Assembly (NCBI GenBank): GCA_030141605.1
Contig: JAQGDQ010000999.1
Coordinates: forward strand, 1-64,000
Origin: Tubiluchus corallicola
Lineage: Eukaryota; Animalia; Priapulida
Reading direction: 5' to 3'
DNA length: 64,000 bases
Each line of letters starts with the position of its first letter. Position 1 is the first letter of the stretch. The notes beneath the pieces are model-generated. The model was not told where the DNA came from. It searched no databases and saw only the letters and a list, made by a program, of their open reading frames with translations. A program made the translations under genes and the position numbers. Below are positions 49,701-61,959 of the stretch, piece by piece.

Positions 49701-52700
49701 GCTGATTTATACGTACGCGTGGTTACTGCGGCTCTGAAATGCATTTCTTTCTAGGTTTTTATATTATTTCATATGGATAGCAAGGCTTAATTTAGTGAGA
49801 GTCCACTCAGCAGGCCATTTTGCTGGAATTCGTTAGCATTGTTTAGCAAGGACCTGTGCAGTTTCTCAACTTTTGGAATGTTATTGCAAGTTTTCTATAA
49901 ATTTACTGTTACAGTTCATCACCGTAGGAATAATGTTTGCAATTATATTGTGAAAAATCAATTTTGCTGTGTATACAAGTGCTTTCTGTTTAGGAGAAAG
50001 CATATTTCTGGCAAAGATGTTACACCGTTTGTACTGCATCGGGTGAACGAGCTCACTGAAGGAAAGTCACTTCAAGCTAGTATCCTTTAAATACCATTTT
50101 TCAGACACTTTGTAAACTCAATTTTCTGTGTTGCAGTAGTAAACTTAGACGTCTTTCCAGTATTGTCTATCTCAGGGGTGTGCAAATTATCTGACTAGCC
50201 GGGCCACACGAAGCTTTCCCGCAATGGGCCACAGGCAGTTTGATCAAGGAGCCAAGTAGAGAAAGGCCTAATAACGATTTTTTTGCATCCGACCTGCGTA
50301 CATCATTACTACTACACTCAAGCAACTATTTTAGAAGTTATTAAAATTTATATTACAAACCATATATTTCTACTTTCTGGACAGATAGTGGTAATTTCAT
50401 TACAATGCATATTAGTAATGTGTATCACACAGTCTGTGTAGTACAGTGACATTAAGCTACAACCGTCTTGTAAGGGTTAATGGCATCCAGTCTAGTAGAA
50501 AAAACTGCCCGCACTATCTTTGGGATCGTGGCACAGACTTCAGCTGGATACACTCAATTAATCGCCCGGGCTGCACTTTCATTAGGTTGACAAATCTCTT
50601 CGCGGGCCGCACAAATTCTCTCGGCGGGCCGCAAGTGGCCTGCGGGACACAATTTGCACACCCCTTGTCTATCTTGTGCAAATTTAGGCTCGTCTAATTT
50701 CAGCAAATGCTTTCAGTGATGTGGCATTCAATTAGATCCACTTGGATATAATTTACAATTTTCTTACAAACTGTTCAGACATTGCATTGCTGAAAAACAA
50801 TGCTGAAGTTGGCAGCAGAATTGCTTGCAAACTGGCTTCGCGGAGGCGCCGAGAAGGGCAACATTTCTACAGCTTTGCTGATATTCCCATGATGGAAACA
50901 AGACAGAAACCTGTATGTATTACCAGGAAATGTGCATCGCACTTGCTACTATGATAATTTGGTGACACTACATGCCTTTTCTTCTGACTAAAAATGATAT
51001 TTACATCGGTTCTAATAAAACAAGCAACACCTTTTTATTGTCAACTGTAAATAGCAAACTAAAATTGCCATTATTAGTGATGGACTAAATGCGCACTTGA
51101 TGGAATTTAAAGGATGGTGTAGTAGTTACAATGTTTGCTTTGTAAGTAAGAGGTCCTAGTTTGACATTCAGGTTGTGCCCTGACATTTTCAAGCATCGTA
51201 CCTGTCGAGTGAGCTTTTTGTTAAAATTTAACAATTGTTGGTTCATTCCACCCTTAATAATAATCTTTTTTATTCAGATTATAAATAATTAAAGATTGGT
51301 ATTACTCTGCTTTTACATCAGTATTAACTTTTTCGTATGATTTTCTTTGGTCCGACCTGTCCACAGTATCGAACCCACAACATCTCAGATGGATAGCGGA
51401 CATGTTTTAATTAGATTATACCACTTAGTAATAAAATATATTATGCTACCTGTAAATTTCATAGTGAGTTTGTTGCTACCGTGCCAACAATTTTCAGTTT
51501 TTAGTTGTTCTAAGTGGTTCAAATCGTGTCTTGATTCTTATGAGAGATACATCTTGTTGTCTAGTTCCTTTTTGAGTATGGCGAGTAACCCATCTCACAG
51601 ACAGTATGCTCACAAAAACTTTTAGGACTGTTACTGGTGATACAGTTTGTTGTCTAGTTCCCTATTGAGTATGGCGAGTAACCCATCTCACAGATGGTAT
51701 GCTCACAAAAACTTTTAGGACTGTTACTGGTGATACAGTTTGTTGTCTAGTTCCCTATTGAGTATGACGAGTAACCCATCTCACAGACGGTATGCTCACA
51801 AAAACTTTTAGGACTGTTACTGGTGATACATCTTGTCGTCTAGTTCCTTCTTGAGTATGGCGAGTAACCCATCTCACAGATGGTATGCTCACAAAAACTT
51901 TTAGGACTGTTACTGGTGATACAGCTTGTTGTCTAGTTCATTCTTGAGTATGACGAGTAACCCATCTCACAGACGGTATGCTCACAAAAACTTTTAGGAC
52001 TATTACTGGTGAAGGAGAACACTGTAACACTTTCACCACTAATTTCAAGAAACTCTGTTTCAGAAAGTTTACTTAACAATGTTTTTTGAACTTTTTTCAC
52101 AACACTTTGCTACTTTGTTTTGTAAGTTCAAAACATATTATAATGAATACCGTTCAAAGCATAACTGAATAATTGTTTACCTCTTTGATAGGTTGTGATT
52201 GGTGGAACAAATCTTGACATTCTCGTGGCACTTATGACTGAAGATGGTAAGGTTATGGTAAGTTTCTTGCTGAACATTAAGATTCTTTAACTGCATGTGC
52301 AAATTTAAAGTTTTTCTTAAGTTTTCAAAGTTTAAGATGCTGAGATCGGATGTATAATCTCTGCCAATGCCTCATTTACTTCAAGCATCTATAATTATGA
52401 TTTTGGAAATTTGTTAAAGGAAAACCGGATGATTGTGTGAACACGAGTTCAAAATAAAGAATGCTGTAAAATATTGAAAACTACAATAGCTTATTTTGAA
52501 TCAAAGCTTAGATTAAATAATATTTACCTCGTATACTCAAATTTTGTTAAACTTTCAAAGCTACGCACGGCTCAGTGAATCTACTAAGATTGGTAACGGC
52601 GCCTTTTTGTCACATGCGTGGTGCCGACAAATAGAAGACGGTATCGTGACAACCATGACCCTGAACTGCTGTGTTAGTTTTTGACGTCATATGACGTAGA

Positions 52701-55700
52701 CCCCATTTTTCGTGACATGATGCATTTAAGCAGTACTGTAACACCTAAGCAAATGTACTTGACGTGCAAAGGAAGACGCCTGCCATTGCGCAAACTGTGG
52801 TTAGTTTCTGGCGTAAGCAATAGCTGTGTTCGGCTGCTGTTAATTAACTTTCTAAGCTAATCATTCAAATTTAAGGAAAAATTGTTAACTTTTATAGGCT
52901 AGAAAATGTATATTTTGGACAGTAAATTTAAATGAGATTGAGTGTAAACAATTGTCCGATCTTCCTTTAAAGTAGAATTATAAGAATGATTTGGTCCAAC
53001 TTATAGTGATGTTATCAAAGTCTGCAATGTGGTAGCAGCATTCTGAAAAGCGTTTATAGATGTTCTCCAAAGCTTGGCAGGTTTTGAAATTACTGGCAAA
53101 TGCAAAAAAATAATTGACAACATATATGCACATGTTCAGACAACTTTAAGATAGTTAAGTTTTGGCGCGGTGGTAGGTTTTGGCTCAGACAATAAATTTT
53201 AAACACAATATTCTGCCAAAGCCGGTGACTTTTTAGCAACAATTACAAACACCCACACATGTTTGGCGCATATATAGTGATTTTTGCATTTAAAATAAAA
53301 ATTTTGGATAGTCGCCACGGTTGCGAAGCCCATGAAACCCCGGCTCTGACGAGAAAAAGTAACCAGGGCAATGTGGCAAATAAATTCGTCTAAAGCAATT
53401 TCTTAGCTATTATCAGTCCACTTGCTGGCCTGTCTCTCTTGACTTTTGTGGGGAAGCGCATGCCATTGTCATTTAATTATTCCTCTTTTTTTAAAACACA
53501 CTTAACATGTTAACTTTGCTTTAAAGTCTATTAGAGTTTAACGCTTCGACCACTCTAGTTTGGACTACCCTCTTTCAGCTTTATTAAGTTTAAGTTAAAG
53601 CGCTGTACCGTTTGCCAACTATGGTAATAACAATACGTGCTACTTTCTAAAACTTACGATAATTCTTATTTTTACAGATGGATGGCAGCACTAACAAAGG
53701 AAAAATTCAGTATATGCTTGGTGGCGTGGGTCGAAACATCAGCGAAGGATTACAGAAATTTGGCAAGCAGCCCCTTTTTATAACTGCTACTGGACCTGAA
53801 CAGGACATGCAAAAAATCCTTAAAACTACAAAGCCAATAGTAAGTTTTAGTTTTTAGTGGTTTATAGTAAAACTCCAGGCTATCTCAAAAGTGTTCCTGG
53901 GTTTGTAATTCACACACGTAAAGTAGCTTGCTGAACTAGCAAAGGTTTGCAAGGCTCACAGCAGCATGCTTTCATCAAAGACTCTGTTATGACACCTTAA
54001 CTAGTTCAATATTAATTTCCTAAGTGGTCCCTATTATTTTTACCCGCATGTTACTTTGATAAATCCACGTGTTTAGTTGAAGAACCAGCGGTATCACTTT
54101 TTAAGTCTTTGGTTTGATTTGTTTGGGAGTTGAACCCTCGACCTCCCGGGGGGGAAGTAGGAAGCACACTACCACTGAGCTACGCCACCCGGTCACCCTA
54201 AATACTTTATCAAGGCAATGATGATGATGGAAGTGTATATCAGTCACATCAAAAACCCACCTACCCTCACCTATGGATTCAAAGCATTCGAGTTTTCCAT
54301 CATGCGAATAATGTGAAAAAGTGACACGTGACAATAAAAAATTTGTTTTTTTCTGTTTCGCCTTCAGTGCGATCTCTAGACTGCTAATCCACTGGACATA
54401 CATGTCATTGCGGTTGTGCTTTGTGAGAAAAATTATTTCATTCATCATTGTGGTTATATTGCCATGCAACGCACTATAGGTTTTACATGTCAAATGTAGA
54501 CCTGCGTTAACTCAAATGTAGATTTGGGTAATTCAAATGTGTCTTGGTAACTCAAATGTAGACTTAGGTAGTTCAAATGTGTTAACAATGGTTTTCAAGA
54601 AATCTTAAGCGCTTTTGGTAAGTCAAATGTAGACACATGTCAAGTCAAATGTGACATTGGTATCTCAAATGTGGATAGGTGGTAAAGTTTAAGGATGTTA
54701 AATTTAATCTTCTTTAATTTCAATTTAATAATTGCTCTTAAGCTAAAATAACAATGTTATAGGTTCACTAATATTCTGTAAACATTACATACCATTGGAA
54801 CTGTTAGAGAAAACAATACATTCTTAAAATAAACAATGTTTCTTGAGATAAACTAATTCATTAATGCAGTGCTAATGCGTTACTTAAAAAACTAATTAGT
54901 GATTCACTGTTCATTGGGAAGTGGGAACCAATTCCACTACATTCTTAACGATAATTGCATCTACATTTGACTTACCTAAGTCACATTTGAGTTACCAAAA
55001 CACATTCGAAATTCCTATGTCTACATTTGACTTACCTAAGTCACATTTGAACTTTCCTGTGTCTACATTTGACGTGTAAAACCTATATACTGATGGTGCT
55101 GTAATAGAAAAAATAGTTTATGCCTCCAGTAATAAATTACTTGTGTGTGCTTACATATTGTTCTAATCTCATTTGTGGCACTAGTGTTCTGTCCTAAATG
55201 TTTCTTGTTTTATTTCTGTGTTGACATTTGCAGGAGGCGAAGGGCCTTTTACATCCGGATTATGAATCCACAGCATCGTACGTTGTTATTCTGAGGGGGA
55301 ATGGAGAATTGTTTGCTGGCATTGGTGACATGGACATACACAATTCACTCACACCAGAGTTGGTACGTGTTGATTTATAAAGACTGCATGCTAGGGCATT
55401 TGGTTTGAATGTACATTATCATCAGTAGGAACTTTTTCGTATGATGGTGTTTGGTACGACCCGTCCACAGTATCGAACCCACAACATCTCAGATGGATAG
55501 CCTACATGTTTTCAATTAGAGTATACCACATAGTAACACATTTATCTCAAATGTGGATAGGTGGTAAAGTTTAAGGATGTTAAATTTAACCTTCTTTAAT
55601 TTCAATTTAATAATTGCTCTTAAGTCAAAATAACAACGTTACAGGTTCAATGCTTTTGTTGCTAACGAAGCCAGTTCAATAATTTAGGTCAGTGAAAGTA

Positions 55701-56480
55701 GAGTAAAACTGAGCTCCAGTATGCGTTACAAGTGACATTTTGTAATTTGTGTCATTTTAAGCATTTTCTTTTAAATGTGTGAATTACAGCCTATTATAGG
55801 GTGTATACTTGCTAGAAAATGTGGAAATGTGGTATCTCTTGTTTTATTTTATTGAAGAAACAAATTCTTTCAAGGGCTTCTGATATTATTATATTTTTTT
55901 AACAAAATTATTGTTTACTTTTTCTAAACTTTATTGTTTACTTTGTCTAAATTTTCCATAAAAACAAGTCAAGACCAGTGCTGGAATGGACCAGAAATTA
56001 TCAAATTTTTGAAATCAAATACCTGACCGAGAAAAGCAAAATTGAAAAAGCCAAGACCAAGTCTTGATTTGAACTAGGCACCTTTGGACTAAAAATCTGA
56101 AACTGATGTTTTAGATCAGCAGAGAAAACAACTAATTGCGATCAAGACAAGTCCTACAAATCTGGCAAGTTGCCAATTGGTGTCTAACAGTCTAAGATAT
56201 TCAGTTTAACTGATTAGGCTCATTTTAAGTTTCCTCTCAAAAATCAATATTGTGGATGTTTCCTCATTAATAAATATAAATAATTAACGTTAACTGTTTT
56301 TCTACTATTTATGCTCTTTTTAATGACACACATAATAATAATTATCGCTTGGCTTTGTATTTAAGATAGCAGAGTTCAAACCAGATTTGGAAGTAGCTCC
56401 TCTAGTGGTATTTGACGGAAACGTGCCAGTGAAGACAATGCAGTATGTATGCGAGATATGCAGTGAAGCGGCCGTTCCAG
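36738..56480 (+). CDS. Bifunctional pseudouridine-5'-phosphate glycosidase (PsuG/IndA) plus PfkB-family pseudouridine kinase, spliced gene span; C-terminal kinase exons not in window
   Basis: Phase-consistent exons give [88 protein letters not shown], then kinase [27 protein letters not shown]. Confidence 0.95.
38632..39244 (-). mobile_element. 5'-truncated RTE-clade LINE
   Basis: YLGS...RIGKAAAVF...LYASETW...[12 protein letters not shown]...[11 protein letters not shown]; (CTAAGA)n tail; 11-bp TSD TAGTTGATGCT. Confidence 0.92.
40215..40332 (+). CDS. PsuG exon ([40 protein letters not shown])
   Basis: ATATAG acceptor, GTACGT donor, catalytic ALEST motif. Confidence 0.96.
40706..40941. mobile_element. 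hAT (Charlie-like) MITE, family C, deleted copy
   Basis: TIR CAGTGGTTCCCAAA; 8-bp TSD ATGTAGCA. Confidence 0.92.
41315..41400 (+). CDS. PsuG exon ([29 protein letters not shown])
   Basis: TTTCAG acceptor, GTGAGA donor. Confidence 0.95.
42627..42718 (+). CDS. PsuG exon ([31 protein letters not shown])
   Basis: TGGCAG acceptor, GTAGTG donor, phase 1 to 0. Confidence 0.92.
42880..43400. repeat. Degenerate tandem repeat with CATCTTGAATT(T/C)AAAATGGC core
   Basis: Three to four diverged units. Confidence 0.75.
44733..44844 (+). CDS. PsuG exon ([37 protein letters not shown])
   Basis: TCATAG acceptor, GTGAGT donor. Confidence 0.96.
45675..46080 (-). mobile_element. Internally deleted non-autonomous RTE-like element
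   Basis: 9-bp TSD AGATCATAC; GC-rich 5'UTR-like body fused to RSRIGL...[10 protein letters not shown] 3' end and (AAC)-like tail. Confidence 0.75.
46258..46364 (+). CDS. PsuG exon ([36 protein letters not shown])
   Basis: TTTCAG acceptor, GTAGGT donor, nucleophile Lys in GVKSILD. Confidence 0.96.
47383..47509 (+). CDS. PsuG exon ([20 protein letters not shown]...AAMLI)
   Basis: ATTTAG acceptor, GTGAGC donor, FPAFF motif. Confidence 0.95.
47610..47750. repeat. ~31-bp minisatellite
   Basis: Unit TAGAAAGAGAGATTAACAGAGGAATGATTAG. Confidence 0.92.
48247..48367 (+). CDS. PsuG exon ([19 protein letters not shown]...SLVEAK)
   Basis: TTACAG acceptor, GTATGT donor. Confidence 0.94.
49207..49638. 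mobile_element. Tc1/mariner (Tigger-like) MITE
   Basis: Imperfect TIR AGTGTT(G)CCT.GCT..TTCGCGG / CCGCGATAAGTGAGGGAACACTG with TA flank. Confidence 0.7.
49994..50079 (+). CDS. PsuG exon ([28 protein letters not shown])
   Basis: GTTTAG acceptor; followed by U12-type GTATCCTTT donor. Confidence 0.95.
50080..50778 (+). other. U12-type (minor spliceosome) GT-AG intron
   Basis: Donor GTATCCTTT; TTTTCTTAC branch-like sequence about 12 nt before CAG with no pyrimidine tract after it; splicing restores [13 protein letters not shown]. Confidence 0.85.
50173..50666. mobile_element. hAT-type MITE, family A, inside the U12 intron
   Basis: TIRs; 8-bp TSD GTCTATCT. Confidence 0.93.
50779..50912 (+). CDS. 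PsuG end and linker exon ([19 protein letters not shown]...RQKP)
   Basis: GTTCAG acceptor, GTATGT donor. Confidence 0.93.
51546..52011. repeat. 93-bp tandem repeat, 5 copies
   Basis: GATACA..TTGTTGTCTAGTTC...AGGACTGTTACTGGT. Confidence 0.95.
52192..52257 (+). CDS. Kinase-domain exon ([22 protein letters not shown])
   Basis: TGATAG acceptor, GTAAGT donor, PfkB N-terminal G..N.D motif. Confidence 0.9.
52418..52966. mobile_element. Kolobok-like non-autonomous element, second copy
   Basis: TTAA TSD, AGG...CCT termini, homologous to 11804-12335. Confidence 0.8.
53678..53839 (+). CDS. Kinase-domain exon ([25 protein letters not shown]...KPI)
   Basis: TTACAG acceptor, GTAAGT donor, GGVGRN PfkB signature. 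Confidence 0.95.
54060..54195 (-). mobile_element. tRNA-derived SINE (MetaSINE-like)
   Basis: A box TAGCTCAGTGG, B box GGTTCAACTCC, then TCAAACCAAAGACTTAAAAAGTGATACC core. Confidence 0.6.
54476..55087. mobile_element. Foldback-like MITE with subterminal CAAATGT repeats
   Basis: TATAGGTTTTACA(T/C)GTCAAATGTAGAC inverted at both ends. Confidence 0.8.
55234..55362 (+). CDS. Kinase-domain exon ([43 protein letters not shown])
   Basis: TTGCAG acceptor, GTACGT donor. Confidence 0.94.
56366..56480 (+). CDS. Kinase-domain exon ([38 protein letters not shown])
   Basis: TTTAAG acceptor, G|GTAGGT donor, DGN motif. Confidence 0.93.
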
Positions 56481-57924
56481 GTAGGTGCTGCATTTGTAAA
56501 CTGTTGTGTTTTTGCAGATGTTGCATGAATATCGTGGGCACCTCTTTTTGAGAAGGCCAAGCTCTGTTTATCTTTTTGTGAGGTTTTTTGTGAAACTACC
56601 AATGTAGTTTATTTTCAGGAGAAAGAAAAAAGAAAAAACACAAATTTACTAATGCAAACTTACTACAGTGGCAATTTGAAACATCATGTTTTTTCATACT
56701 TCATTCTTTTTATTATTGTTTTTTTCCCATTTACACATGAAGGAAACATGCATTTTTCAAGTTTTGGTATACCAAATACAAAAAGTTTTGAATGTGAGTC
56801 GTCTCGGTTTGTCTAACAAGAAAGAACACAGTTTATCTTGCACACTTTATCATTTTATCCGTGGCTGTGGTAAATATCACTTTTAACATCAGCTGGTGTT
56901 ACACTGCCGAGCCGTGTCGGACTAGTTCTGTTCGTGTCTTTCTCTTTATTTTCCTCTGTATGACGTTTTGAAACCACTTCTCTTTTTTTCTACTAATTCC
57001 CCCATAATTGCTGCCTTTGCTACCTTGTTCTGCTGCTTGAATTTCGTCAAAATTGATGCAATCCCTTGTTTTGTATCTGCTAAATTACAAAAATGGCACA
57101 ATTTGAAATTTGAATTTTAGTTTTCATTAAGAAACTAGTGTCATTTTAATGCAGAATTATTGTGTCATACTTTCATATTCTTTAAATATAGACATTGTTT
57201 GCTCTTTAGAAGATAATATAAAAAGATAATATATATCTTTATGGAATATCTAATATCTAAACTCCAATTTTGTTAGACTACAAATTTGTTAGACTTTGTA
57301 AAACTTTGTAAAACAAATTTGCAAAACTACATGTAATCTGGATAAACAAACCGTCATTTACCATATTTATCTGGTAAATATTTATGGTACGTTTGGTGGG
57401 GCCTTAAATTTGCACCAAGGAGATGGTCTCGATGTTCGTGATGCTTTGACTCAATATTCTTTTTCAATTCTCAGTTTAAAAACTAGTGGTCATTCTTTAT
57501 TATCATATTAAAATAACTAGAATCTTACTTCAGGTAAGACTACTGATAATAGCGGATTGGTTCTTGGGTGTTTCTGTTTATTTCTTACTGCCACATTACG
57601 GAAAAATTTTTACCACTAGAATGCTTTTATACAAGTTTTATACAAGTACTACCCGAGTAAGTTTTACAAATGAAACAAATGCTCGATTTAGTATTTGCAT
57701 TTTTATTTCACAATTAAAAGGGTTGTAAAATGGATTCAATGTAAAAATATCCAATAACAGTTTTAATACAGTACTTTTAATTCACAATTTATGAACCATT
57801 TTTGATTCATACTTATAATACAATTTTCATGCTTCCACGTCTCCTGCAGTCGCAATATATGGCCTCCAATCAATTATAATGCTATTTTAATATACCTCTA
57901 TGTAAATTAAACATACACTGCGGT

Positions 57925-58272
57925 CGTTTCTTCTCCTCTTTTCCTTCTTCCCATCCCTAATCTTACTATTTTTTTCCATTCCATCATGTCTACTAACCCT
58001 AACCATTCTTTCATTCACTCATCCTCCCTTCCCTTCCTTCTTCCTATCCCTAATCTTACCATTTTTTTCCATTCCATCATTTCTTCTGACCCTAACCATT
58101 CTTTCATTCACTCATTTGTGCCACCCTAACAAGCCAAGCTTTCAAGGTGTCATACAGCAACTCTTTTATTTGGTTAATTTGACTTCGTCAACGTTTTTTA
58201 CCTATACTGTTTCATTTTTTTCAATAATATTGTATGTTGATGTTTTGTGTATGTATTGCTGGAGTGAAATAA

Positions 58273-58317
<45 letters not shown>
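57925..58317 (+). mobile_element. Non-LTR 3'-end fragment with (ATTG)n tail; inverted copy at 46565-47030 with expanded (CAGT)n/(CAAT)n
   Basis: Two homologous copies; AATAAA then tetranucleotide tail. Confidence 0.72.
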
Positions 58318-59669
58318 CAATGAAGGTTTGTAAGGGTAAAAGAAGTCAAAAGTCAACAAGATTCTTTTACATTTGGAATGTGAATGAATTTATGGAGTTT
58401 ACAGAAACATTTTCAACTAAAATAACGATAATTCATATATAGTCACGTAGATATTTTAGCAAGCAATAACTCTAAGATGGAACTAAGCAGCCATAGTAGG
58501 AAAACTAAGGAGGTGAAGAGGAGGAGGACCTAACAATTTTAGGTTGCCCGAACACCTAATTATAAAAATCATCAAGTTAAAAAATTTCTTTGTTGTTTTG
58601 TGTGAAATTTCAATAAAATGGGTCCGCAAATGGATTATTACGGAAAAGTGGAATACTTTTTCATATATCCAGCAATGTGAAATTCATGACTATTTTATCT
58701 AGTTTGCTTGCTTGGAAATCATACATAATTGCACAAACTTTTGAAACTACTGCAGCAATGTATTAACAGGCGCTTGAATCCTTTTTTAATTTTTTAGTCT
58801 ATAATTCGGAAAAACGGCAGGACGTTACCTGACAAATTTTACGTAAACTAGGTTTCTTATCGCATTTTCACGACACTGTTTTAAATAATGTTTATTTACA
58901 ACAATTATTTAACAGTTTATTTGAGTATTTGGCTAGCTGTTAAAAGCGTATTACACAGAAGCACAAACTCTGTCTATACTAAAAATGTTCTAATGTAAAA
59001 CAAAACTACACGTGCCAATAAATACTATAAAAGTATTGCCTTGTAAATAAATCGAAATGTAATCTGGTAAACTATGCAAATTAATTCTAAAACTGTCTCG
59101 GCAAAAACTGTACATGTAAGAAACTACATAGACCACTATCATAGTAACAATGTCATCTGCACATTCTGCAGGGATTCTGTTAACTTAAAATAACTTCTAA
59201 CTAACATATATGCTACCAACATTTCATCAATGTCGTAAAAATTGTTCCCAATGCATTTTACCAATGCAATATTATGACAATAGTAACATGTAAAATTGAC
59301 ACCTATTTACAATATAAGTTGTTCCTTATAAAATAACTGCATTTACAGTAAAACGAACAAAACTTTGGAGTATTTGAATGCGAGTAATAATATTTGTCTC
59401 TATAAATTTAGCGCTCAGCGTTCACTGTTGGTGTATTTCTGATATGGCCACTATGTTAGATATTTAGTTATCAGCCATGTATATTTGAGTGGTCATACAT
59501 TTTAATAGTGGTTTGACTTCGATTGCATTTACACAGTCCACTCCCGGATCTTGGGGATCCCCGGATTCCAGACTTGTTCTGATTTGATAATCCTCAACAA
59601 TCGATTATAGTAGTATTTTATGAGAAAACCGACCGACTTGTAAGCCACAATTTCATATTTACGAGAAAT

Positions 59670-59918
59670 TTTGACACCTAGACAGCAGCCAGCGTGTTCA
59701 CTTATTGTGCAAAGGTGTGCCATATTGCTTCATTTGACAGCAATTAATGGCTACATTGGTCGATTTTTCAAAAAAAAAATAAGTTGAAAGGTGAACTTTG
59801 ACACCTACACAGCAGCCAGCGTGCTCACTTATTGAGCAAAGGTGTGCCATATTGCTTCATTTGACAGCAAATAATGGCTACATTGGTCGATTTTTCAAAA
59901 AATAAGTCGAAAGGTGCA
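59670..59918. repeat. Two-copy tandem duplication
   Basis: TTTGACACCTA.ACAGCAGCCAGCGTG...GAAAGGTG twice. Confidence 0.9.
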
Positions 59919-60141
59919 TTGGTAATACTATTGATTTGGATCGGTAGTTGAAAAAGTAATTGATGATTATAAAACGCATATTGATTAATTGGAGTAGGAC
60001 GGTTTACCAGGACGGTTATCCTCTGTCTAGCAATTTAGCAGCTAGTGCATTGAAATATAAAATGGCCCATTTAGGTCAGCACCAATAACTGAACTATGTT
60101 AACACAGCTTGTTTTTGTTGCATAATGTTCGCACCGATCTG

Positions 60142-60327
60142 TTAAACAGTATCTTCTTTGGAACTAGAATTGACTTGTGTTATAGTGGCTATGGGCGGCT
60201 GTTGTGGCTGGTAGGTCGGATGTGCCGGTTGTTTCTCTACATAGTAAGGCGGTTGGTGAGGTGTACCGTTGGGCGGGTACTGCATTGGCTGGCTCATCAT
60301 TCGCTTGCGTCGCTCCATTCTCTGTGC
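60142..60327 (-). CDS. Claudin-like terminal coding exon (AQRMERRKRMMSQPMQYPP...QPPYY...SSSKEDTV*)
   Basis: CTCTGTCTCTTTTTCAG acceptor in phase 0 with the upstream exon; basic juxtamembrane stretch, Pro/Gln/Tyr-rich tail ending in Val. Confidence 0.85.
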   Translation of the reverse strand, partial: AQRMERRKRMMSQPMQYPPNGTPHQPPYYVEKQPAHPTYQPQQPPIATITQVNSSSKEDTV

Positions 60328-61801
60328 CTGAAAAAGAGACAGAGCTAATTAGGCAACGGCTTTCTGCACCAATCACAAGGAGCTGAAATGCTTGGTGGTT
60401 ATAGTTGATATACTGATGCATCAAAGGTTGCTGGTTCAAACCTACTTTCTTCCATTTACTCAATAATGTCAAGCAAGTATGTATTTAAAAGTTATTGCTA
60501 ATAAAGGCAAAAGTTGATTCCAGAGCATTTCCTGAAAATTTCGTTCTTATTAATACTTTGCTTTCTAGGTTTTTTAAGCCCTGATGTTGCGATTTTAAAT
60601 AAATCAAATCAGTACACATAAAGTCACCCTATTAAAATCACCACTGGCAGATTTTATTGCTGACGGGATAGGCGTGTAAGATTTTTAAGAGTGACGTGTG
60701 GTTATCATTGATGCCACTCGTAAATTTTTTTTACACGTTTTTTTCACGTTTTTGCACGGTTGTTTGTGTTATATTATTGCAGGAAAGGTAGATGCAGTAA
60801 ATGAACAGGAATTTGGAGGTTTTCTTGTGTTTCTTGTTTTTCCTTTTCCTTTTCTTTGCACGTCGTCGAGCTTGTTTTGGTCAATTGTTTTAGGTTAAAT
60901 ACATGTACATATCTGAATGTGGCTGTACTTACCTCTACTGGTTTAGTGGCTCCTTTTAGAGGGATATCCTTGATAATGAGACAAGGACAAATGAAGTGTT
61001 ATGACGAGTAGGCCCTGCATTCAAATGCTGGACGCCAAAGTGTATAAAAAAGTTTTTCCAGTATTATTGTTATTAACACCAGAAGCACTAGCCTAGGTCA
61101 GTTGACACCATTGCATATTGTACAATGTAAGTCATCATAATGTGCTGACATTGCAATAGTACATATGAATTTAAATCTGTGAACATAATTTGCAAATGTA
61201 AATCAGCAAACTCGTTTTGACGTCATATTTTACGAGCTAAAAGCTCGTGGTTTGATTTTTCTTGACTGTCAGCTCTCTGTCAGACCACCAGATAGCTTGA
61301 CTCAATGCAGGTTCTCGAGGCATTGCAAAATCTGCCATAGATGAGTCATTATACTTGTACCGTATAAATTGCTTCAATTTTAAATGAATCCAGTTAATTT
61401 TCTGATGTATCAGTAAATTTCAATAAACTCTGACTGATAATTAGTTTTATTTTTGTACAGGAATGAAAACTATGATTGTGTCAATTGATGCATGCCGATG
61501 CTTCTAGGTAGTAAACTTATCCACTCTAAGTATTAAACTTACAGTCAGCAAATTCACTCTAACATTTACCGACATCCACTATTTCCACTCCTAGTATTAA
61601 ACTTACAGTCAGCAAATTCACTCTAACATTTACTGACATTTACTATTCCCGCCTTTATTTAATTTAAGATTAATATCAATTTTCTGATATATCATTGGAC
61701 TTCCGAAAATGTGACTGCAAACTACTGAAGTTCACAGTTTAGCACAGTAGGCACTTTAAATAGTCTTGCACAAGAGAGAATTATCTAAACATTCTGCTTA
61801 C

Positions 61802-61959
61802 CTGTACCCAATAAAGGCCACCTGCTGCTAGTTCTGCCAGGCAGGCTATCACTGCCAACGCAAAAGACCATGAGAAATGATTGAAATGCGGACTTGGCAT
61901 CCAGTCTCGGTTGTCTCCTCGAACTCCAAATGTAACCACGGCAACTGCTGTAAATCCAA
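61802..61959 (-). CDS. Invertebrate claudin-like (PMP22/claudin superfamily; kune-kune/megatrachea-like) exon: end of TM3, loop 2, TM4
   Basis: GFTAVAVVTFGVRGDNRDWMPSPHFNHFSWSFALAVIACLAELAAGGLYWVQ; TTTCAG acceptor, GTAAGC donor; upstream exons not found in window. Confidence 0.88.

Noticed and set aside
60164-60472. 102-aa minus-strand ORF from the track
   Set aside because: Wrong frame; the splice-consistent frame is AQRMERRKR...EDTV*
60427-60480. CWFKPT as the missing WFEPT kinase exon
   Set aside because: Poor acceptor, no downstream homology, and the bases are the GGTTCAAACC B box of a SINE-like head
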